A DNA stretch of 32,000 nucleotides from Candidatus Minimicrobia sp. QA0096 (GCF_963967315.1 NZ_OZ017288.1:60001-92000); one strand, 5' to 3'. Positions 14,467 to 23,370 are shown, counted from the first letter of the stretch. The notes: generated from the letters alone by a model not told the origin. A program made the numbers and translations.

Positions 14467-14509
14467 AGAAGGATCTCCTACAAGATTGTTCCTACTAATC
14501 ATAATATTT

Positions 14510-14890
14510 TTAGTCGTCGCTGCTCATCTGCTTAACGACTTCTATCAAATTCCGCGGCGTAATGTCGGCTTTAATCAGGTATCCATCGACGCGACTCATG
14601 ACGGATTTACGCGAAGCTTCGTCTTGCTCAAAATTGGTCATAATCAAAATCTTACTATTCGGAACCAAATCGACATTGTTATTTCTCAGTGCGTCTAAAA
14701 TCTGGTCGCCGCGCTGTTCTGGCAGCATCAAGTCTAAGATTATCAAGTCAAAGTTCTGGTTGCGCGCCGCCACTAGCCCGTCATTTCCATCGACCACCCA
14801 CGTCACATCGTAGCCTGCTTTTTGCAGACTCCTGACATACATTTCGCCAATAAATCGGTCATCTTCCACGCATAAAATTGTCTTTATCAT
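14510..14890 (-). CDS. single-domain (CheY-like) response regulator
   Basis: 126 aa, receiver domain only (CVEDD, LIILDLMLP, ILIMTN, GYLIK). Confidence 0.85.
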   Translation of the reverse strand: MIKTILCVEDDRFIGEMYVRSLQKAGYDVTWVVDGNDGLVAARNQNFDLIILDLMLPEQRGDQILDALRNNNVDLVPNSKILIMTNFEQDEASRKSVMSRVDGYLIKADITPRNLIEVVKQMSSDD

Positions 14891-14898
14891 AATTCCTC

Positions 14899-16425
14899 CT
14901 AGCCCTTATACATGGCGTGATTTTTTATCCAGCCGCCGCCCTTTCGTATCAATTGATTATTTAATTGGCCGTCTTCTAACAATTTATCTTTAACTGTAGC
15001 ATAAATTGGCAAAGTGAACGAGAAAACCGAGCCTTCGTTTTCGCGGGATCTAGCGATTATCGAGCCGCCGTGAGATTCGACAAAAGCTTTGCAGATGTAA
15101 AGCCCAATTCCCGTCCCAGCCACGGCCTCGCGTGATCTGTGCGATCGATAGAACTTGTGGAACAAATTGTCCACGACATTTGCCGGCATACCAATTCCAT
15201 TATCAGCGACAGACACTTCCACGAAGTCGCCCTTTTGTTCGGCAGAAACCGTAACGGATCCGCCCTCAAAACTGTACTTAATGGCATTGTCAATTAGATT
15301 ACCAATCACTTCCCCAATACTTCCGTGGTCAGCGGCTACTGTCGGCAGGTCATCTGGAATATTGACGCTGAGCATTCTGTGTTGAGTCGAGGCGCGAAGT
15401 TGCATATCATCGGCAATCGAGGCGTAAATATTAGCGACAGTGTCTTCTAATAAATAAACCTTCAAGTGGTGCCTATCATATCTGGCAACGTTAAGAATGT
15501 TGTCAATGTAACTAGACAAGCGGTTGGACGAAACGACCAGCCTATCAAGAAGCTGCCTTTCGTCGCCCTGCAAGCGCCCAGAAAACTCTTCATTGATAAT
15601 GTCCAGATAGCCACGAATAACTGTAATCGGTCCGCGGAGTTCGTGAGCAGCAAATGAGATGAAATTAAGGTCCTCTTCTTCTGGCAAATATCCTTTAGAC
15701 TTGTCGATGAGGAAAATGACAGTTTCGGCGGCGGCGCCTTTCTCAAATGAAGCCACGATATCAAAAATCCGCGTTTTTTGGATGATGTCAGGGTTGGTGC
15801 CAATGCGTTGCCAGCGATGTTCTGCTTTAATTTTCTCATTGGAGATTTCGTGAAGCCAATCGGAAATGCTCGGTTCGTTTAGAAAATCAAGCGCCAGAAA
15901 ATCCTCGCCTTTTGCGTTCCTGGAAATCGGGGCGGCGGAATTGGCGAAGATAATCTTCTGATTGGAATTAAGAATCACGACGCCAGTGCTGGTTTGATTT
16001 AGAGCTTGAGTTAGCGGAATTTTTGGCTTGTCGTTGTCACTAGTTGGTTTTTGCTCTGGTTGATAATCGCCATAAATCGCCTGAAGCGCCGTCTTAAACC
16101 CAGTTTTTTCGTAGCGTTTATCGTTAGGATTTGGTGGAGTGTCGGTGGTTAGTTCGCCAATTTTATGAGAAAGTGCCGCCAGAATTTTATTAAGCGGCGC
16201 AGCGATGATTTTAACGATAGAAATTGAAAATAGGATTTGCAAGATAGCGGTAATTAAAATGATAATCCAAAAATTTAGCTGGGATATGGAAATTGCCGTG
16301 AAGTGGAGTGCGATTCCCAGTCCTAATATGATACAGGCGCTCGCTGATAATAGGACTAATATGACTTTTCGGTAATAATATTGTTTGTACTCGCGCAAGG
16401 TTTTAGATGCCGGATCTATTGCCAT
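14899..16425 (-). CDS. sensor histidine kinase
   Basis: It has the H-box FAAHELRGPI and the boxes NLIDNAIKYS, DNGIGM and GTGIGL, plus two N-terminal TM helices. I set the start at ATG 16425 (MAIDPASK...), which is preceded by AGGAAGGGGAAG. The ORF-track start at 16464 would overlap the upstream gene by 49 nt. Confidence 0.85.
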   Translation of the reverse strand: MAIDPASKTLREYKQYYYRKVILVLLSASACIILGLGIALHFTAISISQLNFWIIILITAILQILFSISIVKIIAAPLNKILAALSHKIGELTTDTPPNPNDKRYEKTGFKTALQAIYGDYQPEQKPTSDNDKPKIPLTQALNQTSTGVVILNSNQKIIFANSAAPISRNAKGEDFLALDFLNEPSISDWLHEISNEKIKAEHRWQRIGTNPDIIQKTRIFDIVASFEKGAAAETVIFLIDKSKGYLPEEEDLNFISFAAHELRGPITVIRGYLDIINEEFSGRLQGDERQLLDRLVVSSNRLSSYIDNILNVARYDRHHLKVYLLEDTVANIYASIADDMQLRASTQHRMLSVNIPDDLPTVAADHGSIGEVIGNLIDNAIKYSFEGGSVTVSAEQKGDFVEVSVADNGIGMPANVVDNLFHKFYRSHRSREAVAGTGIGLYICKAFVESHGGSIIARSRENEGSVFSFTLPIYATVKDKLLEDGQLNNQLIRKGGGWIKNHAMYKG

Positions 16426-17522
16426 GAAACACTTCCCCTTCCTGGTGTGAAGGCTGCAATCCATGTTTGTCCGCGATTTAAGGCGATGTCTTTTCCGGAT
16501 TCGTCTGTCAATTTAAGCGGCGAATTTATGTCTGCTTTTGACCAAGTGGCGGTGGCGACTGTGCCGTTTTGGAAAATGTAAGCCTTGCCGGATCCTGTCG
16601 TTTTGACATCTTCGTATCCATCGTAATTTTGAGCCCGAGCTTCAACGCCAACTTCCATAGCTACGACAGTATTTGGGGCAATTTGCCCATCTTCCCTATC
16701 GGTATGTGGCGCGCCAGCCATGCTCCTGAGGTAAGAATTCGACGCCTTGTCGTAAGCGTATGAGGTGTTGTAGAGTGAGCCGCTGAGATTTATGTTTACA
16801 GATGTGGCGTTTGGCGATTCGACAGGCTTGCCGTCTGCTCGTGCGAAGCTGGTGAATTCGGAATTATTATAGCCTTTTGCGCTGTTCAATTGGTCAAGTT
16901 TTTCTCCTGAAGTATAGACATTGTGCGGCGCGTAGCGGTCGCGAGATCGCCAGTATGATCCATCGTTAAAGAACTGATCGATGTCACGATAATTGCCGTT
17001 TCTGACTTGAGATAAAGCGTTGGGGCTTCCGCCAACGTGCGCGATTGATGCTTGATATGGCGCCGCCCAGCTCAGATAGTATAATCTTAAGCTTCGAACT
17101 GGACCGATTAGCGCCGGCTTTTCTCCCTGGTACAGAGCCAAAAACCTAGTGATTCCGCCCTCCGCCACGGCTTCATAAACCACACCAGCTTTCTTCAGTC
17201 CTGACTGCGGTCTGGCGGCTGGACTATTCTCAATCATCACGCCAGTTACAGGCAGCTTTGCGGCGGCTTCGTTCGCGATTTCCACGCCAGTTAGCGGCGA
17301 ATAAAACTTCTTCGGTGCGGGTTTTTTAGTTGGCAATTTCAGTTCCACGCTAGCGGTCTGCTCGTATTTTATGGAGTGAATTGCAATTATGAAAACTCCA
17401 GCAATAACCATCACGCTCACCACGAGTACGATTGCCAGGATATGCTTTTTTACCCATTCTTTGAACGACTCCCAGCGAGCGTTCTTTTTTTGTCCTGATT
17501 TATCTATTTTTTCAACATTCAT
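16416..17522 (-). CDS. DUF3048 (YerB-like) membrane-anchored protein
   Basis: 368 aa with an N-terminal TM anchor. The stretch GVMIENSPAARPQSGLKKAGVVYEAVAEGGITRFLALY matches the DUF3048 core as I remember it. Confidence 0.75.
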   Translation of the reverse strand: MNVEKIDKSGQKKNARWESFKEWVKKHILAIVLVVSVMVIAGVFIIAIHSIKYEQTASVELKLPTKKPAPKKFYSPLTGVEIANEAAAKLPVTGVMIENSPAARPQSGLKKAGVVYEAVAEGGITRFLALYQGEKPALIGPVRSLRLYYLSWAAPYQASIAHVGGSPNALSQVRNGNYRDIDQFFNDGSYWRSRDRYAPHNVYTSGEKLDQLNSAKGYNNSEFTSFARADGKPVESPNATSVNINLSGSLYNTSYAYDKASNSYLRSMAGAPHTDREDGQIAPNTVVAMEVGVEARAQNYDGYEDVKTTGSGKAYIFQNGTVATATWSKADINSPLKLTDESGKDIALNRGQTWIAAFTPGRGSVSWQ

Positions 17523-17532
17523 GCTTATGCTT

Positions 17533-17541
17533 AGTATAGCA
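17533..17541 (-). promoter_or_regulatory. extended -10 (TGCTATACT) 10 nt upstream of ATG 17522
   Basis: On the - strand it lies at 17541-17533. There is no Shine-Dalgarno sequence in the spacer. Confidence 0.45.
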
Positions 17542-17560
17542 TTTTCGACGCACGAATAAA

Positions 17561-19006
17561 CTATTTTTGTAGATAATTATCGATTCTTTGCAGAGTTTTT
17601 TCCTTACCAATTAGCGCCAACGTATCGTTAAGTTGCGGACTAAACGGCGCCCATGTTGTCACAATTCTCACCAGGCTAAACAAAATCCCCGGCTTCTGCC
17701 CCGTCGTTTCCAGTAATTCATTAAGGCAATTCTGAATTGTTTCTGGCGTCCAATCTGTAATTTTCTCGAATTCTTGGCGAGCAATTGACAATAACTCTCG
17801 CCGTTCGTCGTCGGTCAATTTGCGAAGTTGCTTATTTCCATCAATCAATTCCGTGTCAATTTCAGGCTCAACGAAGAAATAGCTTGTTAACTTTGGCAAA
17901 TCCTGCAATGTTTTCAAGCGGTCTTGCGCCAATCCCAGAACGCGTTTTTTATACGATTCATCAGCGTTTTTGGCTTCTTCGCCCCAGAATGATTGGCAGC
18001 GAGAATAAAGATCATCTAAGCTAAGCGAGCGAATCCATTGACCGTTAAGCCAAATGAGTCGTTGTTCGTCAAATCGCGCGCCAGATTTCTGAACGCGATC
18101 GAGTGAGAACTTCTCAATTAACTCCGTTTTACTAAAAATTTCCTGCTCCGTGCCGTCGTTCCACCCAAGTTGCGCTAAGAAATTAAGCATTGCTTCTGGC
18201 AAAATTCCCTCTGATCGATACTCAGTTACGCTTTTAGCACCGTCACGCTTGCCAAGCTTTTTATTTCCCGATGGCGCCATAATGTGTGGCACGTGCGCCA
18301 GAATTGGTGGCGTAATTTTAAGTGCTTTGTAAAGCGACAGATATTTAGGCGTACTGGCAATGTATTCCGAGCCGCGAATCACGTGCGTGACTTGCATTTC
18401 GAAATCGTCAATGATGTGCGCAAAATTGTAAGTTGGTAGTCCGTCTGCTTTGATGAGAATAAAATCGTCCAAGGCTTCTGGCCCGGCTGACAACTCGCCC
18501 ATAACGGCATCTGTCCAGGAATATCGCTTAATTTCCGGAACCTTGAAGCGTAGCGGCATTCCAAGTTGCCACTCTGGCGGATTTTCTGGACGATGGTCGC
18601 GGTATAAGAATGCTCGCTTTTCAGCCTTGGCTTTGTCGCGGAAAACTTGCACTTCTTCAGGCGTGTACGGATCGGCGTAAGCTAGTCCTTCGCTAATCAT
18701 TTTCTTTGCCCACTTTATGTAAATATCACGGCGATCTGTTTGGTGATATGGACCAAAATTGCCAGACTCTTCTTTTGGATTGTTAAGATTTGGCCCCTCG
18801 TCCCAATTTAGCCCTAGCCAATTTAAGGTTTCCAAAATCATTTCTTCTGCGCCTTCGACGAACCGAGCTTGGTCTGTATCTTCAATGCGTAAGATGAAAT
18901 CTCCCTGATGCGCCCTGGCAACAAGGTATGTGTATAGCGCGGTGCGAACGTTGCCTAAGTGAATATAGCCAGTCGGACTTGGCGCAAAACGAGTTCTAAT
19001 AGTCAT
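17561..19006 (-). CDS. gltX: glutamyl-tRNA synthetase
   Basis: 481 aa with RFAPSPTGYIHLGNVRTALY (HIGH region) and KLGKRDG (KMSKS-like). Confidence 0.95.
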   Translation of the reverse strand: MTIRTRFAPSPTGYIHLGNVRTALYTYLVARAHQGDFILRIEDTDQARFVEGAEEMILETLNWLGLNWDEGPNLNNPKEESGNFGPYHQTDRRDIYIKWAKKMISEGLAYADPYTPEEVQVFRDKAKAEKRAFLYRDHRPENPPEWQLGMPLRFKVPEIKRYSWTDAVMGELSAGPEALDDFILIKADGLPTYNFAHIIDDFEMQVTHVIRGSEYIASTPKYLSLYKALKITPPILAHVPHIMAPSGNKKLGKRDGAKSVTEYRSEGILPEAMLNFLAQLGWNDGTEQEIFSKTELIEKFSLDRVQKSGARFDEQRLIWLNGQWIRSLSLDDLYSRCQSFWGEEAKNADESYKKRVLGLAQDRLKTLQDLPKLTSYFFVEPEIDTELIDGNKQLRKLTDDERRELLSIARQEFEKITDWTPETIQNCLNELLETTGQKPGILFSLVRIVTTWAPFSPQLNDTLALIGKEKTLQRIDNYLQK

Positions 19007-19012
19007 GAGTAA

Positions 19013-19021
19013 ATTATAGCA
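19013..19021 (-). promoter_or_regulatory. extended -10 (TGCTATAAT) 6 nt upstream of the gltX ATG
   Basis: On the - strand it lies at 19021-19013. This is a leaderless-type arrangement. Confidence 0.5.
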
Positions 19022-19035
19022 CGTTATCTGATGAG

Positions 19036-20058
19036 TTACAGACTGGTGGCAATTTTTTCAATTTGACTGCTTGAGAGGTTCGCGTCGCCACTGATTTGAT
19101 ATAAAATCCCGCCGTTCACCCAAGCCGCTTCTTTTCCGCCGCTGTAAATTGTCAATCCGTCGATCATCGTGGTGTTTGGATTCTTGTGCTTTTCAGAGAA
19201 GAATTCTTTCACAGCTGATGAATTCCAACCGCTTTTTTGCTGGGTTATGGTGTATCCTGAACTTCCGTCGGCGTAGGCATATTTCATAGAGACCTCTCCC
19301 GATTTGAATTTGATAGGTCCGTTTAAGGCGTAGCCGTCTGGCTTATAGCCTGGATATTTGGCGTCAATTCCCGATTGAACGGCTGCCATTTTTATAGAGA
19401 TATTTGGCATACTCAGGTACGTTAAATAGCCACCGAGTAGCATCACCGCAAAACCAACAGAAAACGTATTAAACCAACGCAAGGCACCGCCCTTTTTCTG
19501 GCGTCGACGTGCTTTTTTATTGCTAATGATTTCATTCGACAGAGCTTTCTCAATCGCTTCGTTTTTCAATTGATGAGCGGTTTTTGCAACTGGCTTTTCT
19601 ATTTTTTGCGGAGCGACGGCGACAAGCGAATTGTTATTCATAGCCAGAGGCTGGCGTTCTTTTCGCAATTTAGTGTTAACGCTAAGAGGTCTTTGTTGGG
19701 CGCGACGAGTAACGGGGTGAGCTTCGGCTGGGCGGTTAATGGCGATTTTCTGAGGAGCTGGCTTGCTGACAATTGGCGTAGAAAGCTTCTTCACGGCGAC
19801 ATGTTGCTTCACGTCGACGCGAGCTTTCTGGGGTTTGGCGGCCAATGGTGTGCGCTGCGGCATTTTAACGTGCCGACGATTCAATGTGCTAGATTTCTGA
19901 ACGTGTGCGGCGTGAATATTTGATACAGATGTGCCACGCTTACTGATTGATTGTTCTTTTTCTATCTCAGATTTTTCAATCTTAATATCATCCATTACCA
20001 TTCCAGTAATAGTGTTGTAAGCTCGTCCATTGATAACCACGTAGTTTTTACTTGCCAT
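19036..20058 (-). CDS. membrane-anchored protein with a DUF4367-like extracytoplasmic domain (tentative)
   Basis: 340 aa with a basic K/P/A-rich N-half and one TM helix (FSVGFAVMLLGGYLTYL). The ~115-aa beta-rich C-terminal domain ends in ...QIEKIATSL, a pattern reminiscent of DUF4367 in anti-sigma-type proteins. GGGGGA lies 3 nt upstream of the ATG. Confidence 0.55.
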   Translation of the reverse strand: MASKNYVVINGRAYNTITGMVMDDIKIEKSEIEKEQSISKRGTSVSNIHAAHVQKSSTLNRRHVKMPQRTPLAAKPQKARVDVKQHVAVKKLSTPIVSKPAPQKIAINRPAEAHPVTRRAQQRPLSVNTKLRKERQPLAMNNNSLVAVAPQKIEKPVAKTAHQLKNEAIEKALSNEIISNKKARRRQKKGGALRWFNTFSVGFAVMLLGGYLTYLSMPNISIKMAAVQSGIDAKYPGYKPDGYALNGPIKFKSGEVSMKYAYADGSSGYTITQQKSGWNSSAVKEFFSEKHKNPNTTMIDGLTIYSGGKEAAWVNGGILYQISGDANLSSSQIEKIATSL

Positions 20059-20128
20059 TAATCCCCCTAATGTTTATTCCTGTATATTATATTACAAATC
20101 GCCTAAGGTTTTTTCAAGTGTAAAAATA

Positions 20129-20137
20129 TGTTATAAT
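20129..20137 (+). promoter_or_regulatory. extended -10 (TGTTATAAT) 10 nt upstream of ATG 20148
   Basis: Read directly from the sequence. There is no Shine-Dalgarno sequence in the spacer. Confidence 0.5.
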
Positions 20138-20147
20138 TTTCGTAATT

Positions 20148-21644
20148 ATGTACCAGAAAAAGAATCGCACTAAAGAGCTCGCACGGCGGACCTTTGTGTA
20201 CACGCTGATGACATTATCACTTATAATTCTTCTTACGTTTTTGACGTTTAGAATGCTCGGCTATACGTTTGATCCAAATACGAAAGAATTGCAACAAACC
20301 GGACTTGTTCAATACGAATCACATCCTGGCGGGGCGCTGGTTTATGTTGACGATATGGAGCTGCGCCGCACTCCGACGAAAAGCACCGTTCTTCCTGGCA
20401 AGCACACTTTTTCGATGAAATTAGACAAATACGAACCGTGGCAAAAAACGCTGAATATCAAATCTGATACCGTGACGAATTTGAATTACGCCAGACTGAT
20501 TCCGACAAAACGCGAAACCACCGAAGTAAAAACATTCGACTCATTACAATCCGTTTCTCTGTCGCCAGCTGGTAATTTCTTGATGGGATTTAGCGTTAAG
20601 GATAAAACTCCGATTTTGACAATTGGCGACATTCGCGATACGAACAAAGATAAGGAAAAGTTCACGGAGCATGCATTAAGCACGAGCGTTTTGGCTGGCT
20701 ATTCCCTATCTTCTGACAATCATACGTTTACCGTGTCGGAGTGGGACCGCGATTCTCGTTACGCGCTAGTGAAACATTCGTATCCGGCGGAAAATAACGC
20801 TACGGGCGTGCAGTGGTTGGTTTTTGATAGAGAAAATCCGGAGAAAATTATTGACGTTACGGCGATGACTGGTTTTGCAATTAAGCAAATTGGCTTTGCG
20901 GGGACTGGCGCGCACACGGTTTACGCTTTGCAGGAAACTGGCGAATTGAGGCGAGTTGATCTTGATAGCTCGACAATTTCCAGTCCAATTTTAGTTGGCG
21001 TCGAATCTTTCAAGCTTTACGGCGACGATCGTTTGTCCTATCTGGCTGTTATTGACGGTAAAAAAGTGGCAGGAATTTGGAAGCGAGATTGGAAAGAGTC
21101 ATTTGTGATCGGCACCTTTGCTAGTGATTCTACCCCGGTAATTCGAATTTCTCGTTATTTCAATAAAGATACCGTGGTCTTGACTGATGGCAAAAATATG
21201 ACAATTTATAGAGGCGACATTTCGGATTCTAAGGACCGCCAAAAAGAGTTCTTAAAAACGGCAAAGACCATTAAAACTGACAATGTGACTGCGAACGTGA
21301 TGATGGACAATGCTGGGCGATTTATCGTGGCGCAAAACGGCGCGGTACTGCAGACTTACGATTTGGAGCGTAAAGAATTGTCGAGCGCGTTTAATATTGG
21401 TGTGGCGCAGGAAGTGAAGTGGCTTGACAACTTCTATATTCGTAGCGTTTCTGCGTCGGGAAAAATGGAGATTCGTGAGTTTGACGGCACGAATGCTCAT
21501 ACGTTGATAGACGTTAAGCCTGGTTTGGATTCTGTTTTGTCCTCGAATCAGCGATACGTTTACGGATTAACGACCAACGCTTCTGGAAAAATTGTCCTGA
21601 GTAAGATGAATATGGACAATGGATCTGTTGGGCTATTTAATTAA
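20148..21644 (+). CDS. PEGA-domain membrane protein with a large beta-rich C-terminal region
   Basis: 498 aa with an N-terminal TM helix and a PEGA-type segment, ESHPGGALVYVDDMELRRTPTKSTVLPGKHTFSMKLDKYEPW. The remainder is beta-rich and possibly propeller-like. Confidence 0.7.
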   Translation: MYQKKNRTKELARRTFVYTLMTLSLIILLTFLTFRMLGYTFDPNTKELQQTGLVQYESHPGGALVYVDDMELRRTPTKSTVLPGKHTFSMKLDKYEPWQKTLNIKSDTVTNLNYARLIPTKRETTEVKTFDSLQSVSLSPAGNFLMGFSVKDKTPILTIGDIRDTNKDKEKFTEHALSTSVLAGYSLSSDNHTFTVSEWDRDSRYALVKHSYPAENNATGVQWLVFDRENPEKIIDVTAMTGFAIKQIGFAGTGAHTVYALQETGELRRVDLDSSTISSPILVGVESFKLYGDDRLSYLAVIDGKKVAGIWKRDWKESFVIGTFASDSTPVIRISRYFNKDTVVLTDGKNMTIYRGDISDSKDRQKEFLKTAKTIKTDNVTANVMMDNAGRFIVAQNGAVLQTYDLERKELSSAFNIGVAQEVKWLDNFYIRSVSASGKMEIREFDGTNAHTLIDVKPGLDSVLSSNQRYVYGLTTNASGKIVLSKMNMDNGSVGLFN

Positions 21645-21653
21645 ATAGCTAGT

Positions 21654-23069
21654 TTATCGACCGCCGAATAATTTCTCAAGCAAAGTCGGCTCGGGTTTTC
21701 CTGGGATATTTGATTTGTTGCTTTGCTGCTGATTTGAGCTGGATTCTGACGTCGCGGTAGCTTTGCTCGGGTCTGGGCTAATTTGTTCTGCGAAGATAAG
21801 AAGTCGTTTCTCTGCGGTTCCTAAAGGCACGCAACTTACAAGTGTCAGCATTGGTTTATCCGTGTTAATCTGAACTTTTGAAACTTCGGTCGGCATAACA
21901 ACTTCTGTTGATGTTATTTTATAAGTGTAGCGTTTCCCATTGTAATTCATGTAAATAATGTCGCCCTTGACCAACTTCTCATTCTGAGCAAAGACGAATT
22001 TATAATCGCCACCAGCGAAAGCGTCGTTACTGGAGTGCGCGGCAAATACGGCATTTCCGATTTCGCCTGGCACGGCGCTGGCGCCAGGAATTGAAAAGTG
22101 AGCCACTCCCTTCTCCATGGCTTTTGATTGCGATTTCGTGTCGCTAGCGGCGCCGTAAATAACTGGCGCGTCAACGTTAATCTTTGGGATGATAATCCTA
22201 GGTTCTGGTCCGACAGTTACGTCCGTGGAGGCGTCAACAATGATATTTTGCGGGTTAATTGCACCAGGTGTTGTGTAGGCTGCGACCGCGCCGAAAATAA
22301 CGCGGTTATATTGCAAAAACATGAAGACTAATAGCACCGATAACCCAGCAATCGCCGGAACGAAATGCCGGGATTTTTTCACCTTATTTGCGGAGTCGCG
22401 AACCTTTTGCTGAATTTGACTGCGGAGTTCTTTTATGGCTGCTTTTTGTGGGTCCAGCGGTTCGTCTTCGCTGATTACTGGCGTGATATTCTGATTTTCC
22501 CTCGTCAATCGAGAAATCTCACGGTTTTTTGCCGCGATGTCGCCAGCGTAGTAACGCTCGTAATACATCTGATAATATTTCTGCCAAGCACTGTGGTATT
22601 GCTTCCATTGGTCGGCTGAAACTTGAGTGTGGACGGCTGAATTTTGAGTTTGAGCGGTTTGGTTTACGGGAGCGGAATTGCTAATTTGCGGCTTTGGCTG
22701 AATCTGGGTTTGGGCAATTGGCGTCGTCCGCATAGCGTGATTGACGGAGTCTTTTTTTAGCTCTGGCTGTGGCGTTGTTGAGATTTGCTGAGGTTTGGAT
22801 ATTTGTGTCTTAGGCTGTTCTGATCGGACTTCGGGTTTTGATTGTAATTGAGCGGAAAATGATTGCGGCTGAGCTTTTTCTGGCGCAGAATTTTGCTCTT
22901 CTGTTCTGGAATAAATAGCGTCAAGCTGTCCACGAATAACATCAGCAGCGGCATTTCGTGAGGCTGCTGAGTCGCGAGTTGGCGGCGTGAGAGATCGGCG
23001 CTGATCTGATACCGGCATGCCCACTCGACCGTTTGATTGATCATCCGTCGGATACATAACTTCTTTCAT
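21654..23069 (-). CDS. sortase-family transpeptidase with a ~230-aa Q/P/S-rich N-terminal extension
   Basis: The C-terminal domain carries the His (VFAAHSS), the TLxTC-type Cys (LTLVSCVP) and the Arg (EKRLLIFAE). It is preceded by a TM helix (AIAGLSVLLVFMFLQY) and a Tyr-rich stretch, WKQYHSAWQKYYQMYYERYY. Confidence 0.8.
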   Translation of the reverse strand: MKEVMYPTDDQSNGRVGMPVSDQRRSLTPPTRDSAASRNAAADVIRGQLDAIYSRTEEQNSAPEKAQPQSFSAQLQSKPEVRSEQPKTQISKPQQISTTPQPELKKDSVNHAMRTTPIAQTQIQPKPQISNSAPVNQTAQTQNSAVHTQVSADQWKQYHSAWQKYYQMYYERYYAGDIAAKNREISRLTRENQNITPVISEDEPLDPQKAAIKELRSQIQQKVRDSANKVKKSRHFVPAIAGLSVLLVFMFLQYNRVIFGAVAAYTTPGAINPQNIIVDASTDVTVGPEPRIIIPKINVDAPVIYGAASDTKSQSKAMEKGVAHFSIPGASAVPGEIGNAVFAAHSSNDAFAGGDYKFVFAQNEKLVKGDIIYMNYNGKRYTYKITSTEVVMPTEVSKVQINTDKPMLTLVSCVPLGTAEKRLLIFAEQISPDPSKATATSESSSNQQQSNKSNIPGKPEPTLLEKLFGGR

Positions 23070-23123
23070 TATACGTCAAATTGATATCAAATAAAAGTCG
23101 TGCTTGTGAGAAATTGTTAGTTG

Positions 23124-23132
23124 TGTTACAAT
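23124..23132 (+). promoter_or_regulatory. extended -10 (TGTTACAAT) for tRNA-Leu
   Basis: It lies 28 nt upstream of the tRNA 5' end. Confidence 0.45.
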
Positions 23133-23160
23133 CATACGGTAGCTTGGAGCGTTCTCTTGT

Positions 23161-23247
23161 GCCGCGGTGGCGGAATTGGTAGACGCGCTAGACTCAAAAT
23201 CTGGTGAGCAATAGCTCGTGCCGGTTCAAGTCCGGCCCGCGGTACCA
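23161..23247 (+). tRNA. tRNA-Leu (anticodon CAA)
   Basis: 87-nt class II tRNA with a long variable arm. The acceptor stem pairs gccgcgg with ccgcggt. The anticodon arm is ctaga-ctCAAaa-tctgg, with CAA at 23195-23197. The T arm is gccgg-ttcaagt-ccggc, and the CCA is encoded. Confidence 0.95.
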
Positions 23248-23266
23248 GAGGCAGCTTCAGGCGATA

Positions 23267-23291
23267 ATCGTCCATTTTGGGCGATTTTTTT
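23267..23291 (+). terminator. rho-independent terminator after tRNA-Leu
   Basis: The stem pairs atcgtcc with gggcgat (one G-U pair) around the loop atttt, followed by T7. Confidence 0.6.
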
Positions 23292-23304
23292 ATGCAAAGA
23301 AAAC

Positions 23305-23370
23305 AGCCCGCAGAAAGGCGCTACCGAGGCTTTATAGCCTTCCAGGCAAGCTGTTTCCTTTCTGCGGGCT
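23305..23370 (-). terminator. perfect 14-bp inverted repeat with a 38-nt structured loop immediately after the small-ORF stop; probable terminator
   Basis: The arms are agcccgcagaaagg (23305-23318) and cctttctgcgggct (23357-23370). On the - strand the repeat is followed by GTTTTCTTTG. Confidence 0.45.
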
